From a bacterium (lineage in GTDB: Bacteria; Patescibacteriota; Minisyncoccia; UBA6257; JAGOQP01): a stretch of 59,310 bases of DNA. Shown piece by piece: positions 53,578 to 59,310 of the stretch (its first letter is position 1; the number at the start of each line of letters is the position of its first letter). A program made the position numbers and the translations under genes. Below the pieces are notes generated by a model, which saw only the letters and a list, made by a program, of their open reading frames with translations, did no database searches and was not told the origin of the DNA. The stretch covers positions 1 to 59,310 of the forward strand of contig JAKANP010000004.1 of assembly GCA_021812345.1 (NCBI GenBank), written 5' to 3'.

Positions 53578-53594
53578 AATTAATTATAAAAAAT

Positions 53595-55061
53595 ATGAAG
53601 GACATTCTTTATTTGGGCAAAACAAATTACAGGAATCAGGAGATAAAATTCGGCATCAAAGAAGATGACAGAAGGCGCCATGTTTATATAATCGGAAAAT
53701 CGGGAACTGGCAAAAGCACTCTTTTGTCAAATATGGTTTCCTCCGATATTGCAAACGGCAAAGGTGTTTGTTTGGTTGACCCTCACGGTGAAACAGCTGA
53801 AGAAATACTGAAATTAGTCCCCGAAGACAGAGTGGATGATGTTATTTATTTTAATCCTTCCGATATAAATTATCCGATGGCATTCAATCCGCTGGAAAGG
53901 GTGAGTAATGACAGCCGTCATTTGGTGGCGTCAGGACTAATGTCGGTGTTTAAAAAAATATGGCCGGATGTTTGGTCGGCAAGAATGGAGTATATTTTAA
54001 ATAATACACTGCTTGCTCTTTTGGAATATCCCAATTCAACTTTGCTTGGAATAATGAAAATGTTTTCCGATAAAGAATACAGAAAAACTATCGTCAATAA
54101 TTTACAGGATCCGGTGGTTAAATCTTTTTGGACCGATGAGTTTGCTAAATACACTCAAAAATTGGAAACCGAGGCTGTTGCCGCTATCCAAAATAAAGTC
54201 GGTCAATTTGTCGCCAATCCTCTTATAAGAAATATTATCGGTCAGCCTCATTCATCCTTTGATTTCAGAAAAGTAATGGACGATGGTAAAATTTTTATTG
54301 CCAATTTATCAAAAGGAAAAATAGGAGAAGACAACTCTTCTTTGCTCGGCGCGATGGTGGTTACCAAAATACAGTTGGCGGCGATGTCACGTTCGGGAAC
54401 CGCAAATAAGGATTTGAAAGATTTTTATTTGTATGTGGACGAATTTCAAAATTTTGCGACCGAATCTTTTGCTACCATTCTTTCGGAGGCAAGAAAATAC
54501 AAGCTTAATTTAATAGTTGCTCATCAATATATAGATCAGCTGTCGGAAGAGGTGAGGTCGGCGGTTTTCGGGAACGTTGGGACGATGATAGTTTTCCGAG
54601 TCGGCGCTACCGATGCCGAATTTTTAGAAAAAGAATTCTTTCCCGATTTTTTGGCAAATGACTTTGTTAATCTTCCAAATTTTCACGTTTATGTAAAATT
54701 AATGATAGACGGTATGACCTCAAAGCCGTTTTCGGCAAGAACATTGCCTCCGATGGAAACTTCCGGAAGCCCGATGTTTGATGCCATAATTGATGTTTCT
54801 AGAGAAAAATATGCATTGCCGAAAGAGTCGGTTGATAAAAAAATAGCCAGTGAATATTATTCAGAAGAAAAAATTGCTCAGGATTTGGTAAATAGAAAGA
54901 ACGAAACGCCTTTGGCGGATATTCTCAAAAAAGAAATTCATAAAGATGAAAGGAAAAAAGAATACAAAAATCCCAACGAAAAGATTGACATTGGCGAATT
55001 AAAAGATATTATCAAAAAGGCGCTTGAACAGAAAGACAATAATCCTCCAAGCGATCTGTAA
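53595..55061 (+). CDS. VirD4/TraG/TrwB-like (HerA-FtsK superfamily) ATPase
   Basis: RRRHVYIIGKSGTGKS (Walker A), DPHG, LYVDEFQ (Walker B), SEARKY, AHQY. Confidence 0.9.
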   Translation: MKDILYLGKTNYRNQEIKFGIKEDDRRRHVYIIGKSGTGKSTLLSNMVSSDIANGKGVCLVDPHGETAEEILKLVPEDRVDDVIYFNPSDINYPMAFNPLERVSNDSRHLVASGLMSVFKKIWPDVWSARMEYILNNTLLALLEYPNSTLLGIMKMFSDKEYRKTIVNNLQDPVVKSFWTDEFAKYTQKLETEAVAAIQNKVGQFVANPLIRNIIGQPHSSFDFRKVMDDGKIFIANLSKGKIGEDNSSLLGAMVVTKIQLAAMSRSGTANKDLKDFYLYVDEFQNFATESFATILSEARKYKLNLIVAHQYIDQLSEEVRSAVFGNVGTMIVFRVGATDAEFLEKEFFPDFLANDFVNLPNFHVYVKLMIDGMTSKPFSARTLPPMETSGSPMFDAIIDVSREKYALPKESVDKKIASEYYSEEKIAQDLVNRKNETPLADILKKEIHKDERKKEYKNPNEKIDIGELKDIIKKALEQKDNNPPSDL

Positions 55062-55085
55062 TAATTAAAATTAATTTATTTTTTT

Positions 55086-55655
55086 ATGTTATCTTATAAC
55101 GAATTAAAACCGGGAATGTTTTTTACTTATGAAGGTTCTCTTTATGAAGTTCAAGAGGCCAATTTTTTGCGTATGCAACAAAGAAAACCGGTAATGAAAA
55201 CCAAACTCAAGGATTTGGTTACGGGCAAAGTTAAAGAACAATCTTTTCAAATGAGTGATCAGCTCGAAGAAGCGGAGCTTGATAAAATGAAAGCTGTTTT
55301 TTTATATGAAAACCGCGGACAATATTGGTTTAATGAATTGGGAAATCCTAAAAACAGATTTTTCTTTACATCCGAACAGCTTGGTATTAAAGCTCAATTT
55401 TTAAAACCCAATACGGAAATTTTAGTTATCAAGTGGGAAGATAAGATTATAAATATTCAATTGCCGATTAAAATGGATCTTAAAATAGTTGAAGCTCCTC
55501 CGAACTTTAAGGGAGATACCGCTACCGGAGGAACCAAAACTGTTGTTCTTGAAACCGGCGCTAAAATCAATGTCCCGATGTTTGTGAATGAAAACGACGT
55601 TGTCAGGGTAAATACCGAAACCGGAGATTATGTGGAAAGAGTCGATAAGGCTTAA
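55086..55655 (+). CDS. efp: Elongation factor P
   Basis: KTKLKDL.TG, KGDTA.GG.K...LETG...VP.F......VNT.TG.YV.R. Confidence 0.93.
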   Translation: MLSYNELKPGMFFTYEGSLYEVQEANFLRMQQRKPVMKTKLKDLVTGKVKEQSFQMSDQLEEAELDKMKAVFLYENRGQYWFNELGNPKNRFFFTSEQLGIKAQFLKPNTEILVIKWEDKIINIQLPIKMDLKIVEAPPNFKGDTATGGTKTVVLETGAKINVPMFVNENDVVRVNTETGDYVERVDKA

Positions 55656-55809
55656 AATAAGAATATAGAATGTCGGATTTTAAGCAAAAAGCGTCCTAAC
55701 GGGCGCTTTGTTAATAACAAAACACATTAATTCCTCGGTTTCAATATTGAAACCGTAAATTTTTATAAAATGTTTTGATTTTGGTATTATTTTAATATAG
55801 ATTATTTTG

Positions 55810-56913
55810 ATGTTTTCTAAATTTAAAAACAAAAGAATATTGGTAGCTATGTCCGGAGGGGTGGATTCTTCTGTGGCGGCTTTGTTATTAAAAAAAGACG
55901 GTTATGACATAGCCGGGGCTTTTATTAGGGGCTATAACGTAGATGGTTGCCAGGATAGGGATGCGGAAGATGCGCGGCTGGTTTGCGAAAAAATAGAAAT
56001 CCCTTTTTATATTTTTAACTTTGAAGAAGAATATAAAAAAAGAGTAGTTGATTATTTGATAAACGGATATAAAAAGGGAATTACTCCCAATCCTGATGTC
56101 GTCTGCAACCGCGAAATAAAATTCGGGCTTTTATACGACAAAGCGATGGATCTCGGGTTTGATTTTGTTGCCTCGGGACACTATGCCATTAATAAAATCA
56201 AAAATCAAAAATCAAAAATAAAAATTTTAGAAAGAAAAGAGGGGGTTTATATAGCCAAGGACGGAAATAAAGACCAGTCGTATTTTTTGTGGGATGTGCC
56301 GCTAAACAGATTTGAGCATCTGGTATTTCCGTTGGGAAAAATAAAAAAACCTAAAGTGAGAAGGATTGCTAAAAAGGCAGATTTGCCTGTTGCTGAGAAA
56401 AAAGATTCGCAGGGAATTTGTTTTTTGGGTAAATTTGATTTCGGTGATTTTTTAAGAGAAAACATAAAAACTAAAAATGGAGACATATTAGATGCCGATG
56501 GAAACAAAGTCGGAGAGCATGACGGTGTCTGGCTTTATACCATCGGCCAGAAACACGGATTTAAAAATTTCTCCGGCCGTCAATTTTATGTCATCGGAAA
56601 GAATTTGGATAAAAATGAATTGATTGTTGATTATGATGAAAGCGAAAAATTGTATTGCAAAAAATTTGAAATTACGGATATAAATTTTCTGGATCATGAT
56701 TTTGAAAATAATTTTGATTTGGGAAAGCAAATTAATGTTTTTATCAGAAACCGTTATAGGCAAGAACTTAAAAAAGCTGTTATTAAAAAATTGGCTCAAA
56801 ATAAGGCTGAAATTGAGCTCAAAAAGTCCGACAAAATTTTTCCCGCTTCGGGGCAGTCAACGGTATTTTATAACAATAAGGGACAAATGCTTGGAGGGGG
56901 AATAATAATTTAG
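55810..56913 (+). CDS. mnmA: tRNA-specific 2-thiouridylase MnmA
   Basis: AMSGGVDSS, TPNPDVVCN, SGHYA, KDQSYFL, DSQGICF. Confidence 0.96.
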   Translation: MFSKFKNKRILVAMSGGVDSSVAALLLKKDGYDIAGAFIRGYNVDGCQDRDAEDARLVCEKIEIPFYIFNFEEEYKKRVVDYLINGYKKGITPNPDVVCNREIKFGLLYDKAMDLGFDFVASGHYAINKIKNQKSKIKILERKEGVYIAKDGNKDQSYFLWDVPLNRFEHLVFPLGKIKKPKVRRIAKKADLPVAEKKDSQGICFLGKFDFGDFLRENIKTKNGDILDADGNKVGEHDGVWLYTIGQKHGFKNFSGRQFYVIGKNLDKNELIVDYDESEKLYCKKFEITDINFLDHDFENNFDLGKQINVFIRNRYRQELKKAVIKKLAQNKAEIELKKSDKIFPASGQSTVFYNNKGQMLGGGIII

Positions 56914-57042
56914 TATTTAGTATCTTGTATTTGGTATTTTGTATGAATACAATTTTACGCATCGTGTTTGGGTGTGAAATTTAAGGCGCTGGATGTCTGC
57001 TATAACTGTGGTATTCTAAGGTCAGAACTTTGGAGGGGGGTT

Positions 57043-57450
57043 ATGGGGTGGCCGGCAAAGAAAATTGAGCGTTCCGATCTATCTTTGGTCAGGCGCGCAA
57101 GGAAAATACTTGAAAAAAATGATTCGTTTCTTCTTGTTTTTGATGTAAAAGGAAGTAAAAATTGGAATGCAACAATCGGCTTGGAAGAGCTCTACCGTCG
57201 AGTGGATGAATTTTGTCGTAAGGTCACTAAAATATATAAGAAAAATATAGTTCGCGGTGAACGCACCGGGTCTTCTTATTTTGAATCTTTTATCAGAATT
57301 ATCGGAGATGGCGGAGGTGGGTATTTTAACAGCGCAGAAGTGATAGTAGAAATCATGGCTCTGGCTCACAAAGAACTTTATCCGATAGAATTTTGGTGGA
57401 ATGTAGCCGAAAATATTTGGGACGAAGAAAATTCAAGAATCATCGCATAG
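57043..57450 (+). CDS. Small protein with class III nucleotide cyclase/SatD-like motifs
   Basis: ATG 57043 after GGAGG; LLVFDVKGS and IIGDG motifs; terminator AGCGGC-N5-GCCGCT-TTTT. Confidence 0.65.
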   Translation: MGWPAKKIERSDLSLVRRARKILEKNDSFLLVFDVKGSKNWNATIGLEELYRRVDEFCRKVTKIYKKNIVRGERTGSSYFESFIRIIGDGGGGYFNSAEVIVEIMALAHKELYPIEFWWNVAENIWDEENSRIIA

Positions 57451-57501
57451 CGGCGTTAAAGCCGCTTTTTGTTTTTTATTTTATGTTTTATACTGATTAG
57501 G

Positions 57502-58029
57502 ATGATTGTTGTTTTTACCGGAAATGGAAAGGGAAAAACGACCGCAACTATTGGTCAAATGTTGCGGGCTGTTGGGCAAGGAAGAAAGACAATAATGTTT
57601 CAATTTATAAAAGGCCCGTGGACTTCAGGGGAGCATAAATTTTTGAAGCTACACAAGTCGTTGAAGGGAAAATTGGAAATTCATCGAGAAGGCAAGGGAT
57701 TTGTCGGAATTTTAGGGGATAAACTCCCGATAGAAGTTCATAAGAAAGCCGCTCAGGAAGCCCTCAAAAAATCGGCACAAGCGATTAAATCAAAAAAGTG
57801 GGATATTGTTGCTCTTGATGAGGTTAATGTCGCCGTTTCTTTGGGATTAATAAAAGCGGGTGAGGTTTTAAAAGTTATAAAAAACGAACCTCAAAAAATG
57901 ATTGTGGTTTTGAGCGGTCGAGGAGCGCCGGATAATTTTATAAAAAGGGCCGACTTAGTTACCGAGATGAAGGAGATTAAGCATCCTTTTAATAGCGGGA
58001 AAAAAGCGGAGGTGGGATTTGAGTGGTAA
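57502..58029 (+). CDS. btuR: Cob(I)alamin adenosyltransferase (BtuR/CobO type)
   Basis: TGNGKGKTTA, QFIKG, LDEV, VVLSGR, ADLVTEM..IKHPF. Confidence 0.93.
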   Translation: MIVVFTGNGKGKTTATIGQMLRAVGQGRKTIMFQFIKGPWTSGEHKFLKLHKSLKGKLEIHREGKGFVGILGDKLPIEVHKKAAQEALKKSAQAIKSKKWDIVALDEVNVAVSLGLIKAGEVLKVIKNEPQKMIVVLSGRGAPDNFIKRADLVTEMKEIKHPFNSGKKAEVGFEW

Positions 58030-58041
58030 GTAAAATCAAAA

Positions 58042-59310
58042 ATGAGCATTGGCAGAAAAAGTTTTTTATTTTTTATATTTTTTATAATTGGAATTTTTAT
58101 CGCCGGTTTTAAAATTGATTTAATATATATATTGCTTGGAAATTGTTTTATTTCTTTAATTTTAATTTTCTTTGGAATTTTAAAATCCGATCGGGATTTT
58201 TTTATTGTAAGTTTTTTAATCTTGACGATTTTTGCGGGCGCTTTTTATTTAAGGGCTTTTAATTATATTTCATCTTCAAGCACATCGGTTATTTTTGATA
58301 AAAACGTAAAAATTTCCGGCATAATCGATTCCTATCCTAAAATATCGGAAAAATCTCAAGAATTTATTATAAAAATCGATAGCGGAAAATTGATTTCAGT
58401 TAGAACCTATTTGCAAAAAAATTTTTCTTATGGAGACAAGCTGGTTGTTAACGGGAAAATAAATTCTCTGGATGATAAAAATAATTATTTAAAAAAAGAC
58501 GGGATAACGGGAGTAATAAATTACCCATCGTTTATTTCAATAAAAAAATCGCAGGCGACTTTTTTAGGATTTTTATATTCTTTTAAAAATATTTTTTTGG
58601 AAACTTTTAAAAAAAATTTAAATCAAGATGAAGCGGCATTAATGAGTGGAATGCTTTTGGGACAGGAAGGGGCGGGATTTTCCGATAATTTCAAAAGCGC
58701 TATGAAAAATAGCGGCACCACTCATCTGGTCGCTTTATCCGGATATAATATAACGATTTTAATTTCGTCATTATTTTTTATTTTAAGCTTCTTTATGCCC
58801 AAAAGAATCGGTTTTTGGATTTCTTTGTTGGCAATAATTTTATTTGTTTTAATGACCGGGGCCCAAAGTTCTGTTATTCGGGCGGCTTTTATGGGTTCGC
58901 TGTTGATTATCTCCAAGCGACTTTCCAGAATTTATAGTTTTGCTCAAGCAATGTCTTTTTCAGCTTTTTTGATGCTTGCATTAAACCCGACTATTTTAAA
59001 ATTTGATATCGGATTTGTTCTTTCTTTTGTCTCGCTTGCGGGAATAACTTATCTGATGCCTATTTTGTCGTTTTCTTTTTTATCAAAAAATAAAACAAAT
59101 ATTTTGAGTGAATTTAAAAAAATATTTTTTGAAACTTTATCGGCTCAATTAGCTGTTTTGCCGATTCTATCTTTTTATTTTGGAGGATTTTCTTTCACCG
59201 GACTGATGTCTAATATTTTGATTTTGCCGCTTGTCCCGATAACTATGTTTTTGGGATTTTTTGTTGGATTTTTGGGGATTATCTGGGTGCCATTGGCGCG
59301 CATCGGCTCA
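58042..59310 (+). CDS. comEC: ComEC/Rec2 competence DNA-uptake channel (runs off the window end)
   Basis: Open frame from ATG 58042; SGTTHLVALSGYNI, SVIRAAFM, GFVLSF; absent from the ORF track because it has no stop in the window. Confidence 0.9.
   Translation, partial: MSIGRKSFLFFIFFIIGIFIAGFKIDLIYILLGNCFISLILIFFGILKSDRDFFIVSFLILTIFAGAFYLRAFNYISSSSTSVIFDKNVKISGIIDSYPKISEKSQEFIIKIDSGKLISVRTYLQKNFSYGDKLVVNGKINSLDDKNNYLKKDGITGVINYPSFISIKKSQATFLGFLYSFKNIFLETFKKNLNQDEAALMSGMLLGQEGAGFSDNFKSAMKNSGTTHLVALSGYNITILISSLFFILSFFMPKRIGFWISLLAIILFVLMTGAQSSVIRAAFMGSLLIISKRLSRIYSFAQAMSFSAFLMLALNPTILKFDIGFVLSFVSLAGITYLMPILSFSFLSKNKTNILSEFKKIFFETLSAQLAVLPILSFYFGGFSFTGLMSNILILPLVPITMFLGFFVGFLGIIWVPLARIGS

Noticed and set aside
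1..59310. CRISPR array, DGR/retron, prophage or alternative genetic code
   Set aside because: No regularly spaced repeat-spacer array, no reverse transcriptase, integrase or phage structural genes, and conserved genes translate full-length with TGA as stop

Overview
This is a low-GC, code-11 chromosomal segment that is very likely from a Patescibacteria/CPR (Parcubacteria-like) organism. That assignment is inferred from the N-terminally short IF-2, EF-P with an MQQR loop, a sigma-region-4/HARE-HTH protein, a stand-alone VirD4/TraG-like ATPase, class II RNR, ThyX, giant pilin-like adhesins, tRNAs without encoded CCA and no biosynthetic operons. Housekeeping genes (infB, rbfA, thyX, dnaG, rpoD, gatCA, serS, pth, lepB, hisS, rpsU, ybeY, ftsAZ, nrdJ, secDF, efp, mnmA, btuR, comEC, six tRNAs, a 6S-like RNA) alternate with accessory blocks. 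These are a defence edge (restriction-like fragment plus AIPR), small palindrome-flanked cassettes, two type IV pilin-like adhesins sharing one N-terminal module, a free-standing LAGLIDADG gene and an island of five secreted proteins after tRNA-Asp. The best candidates for undescribed biology are: (1) a promoter-driven multi-hairpin RNA with terminator/antiterminator complementarity directly upstream of AIPR; (2) tRNA-3'-anchored fold-back mini-elements; (3) a shared RRH[LI] terminal tag on the island's secreted proteins, one gene of which is strongly GC-rich; (4) DnaA-box-like motifs in surface-protein promoters. All calls come from reading the sequence; no searches or folding programs were run.
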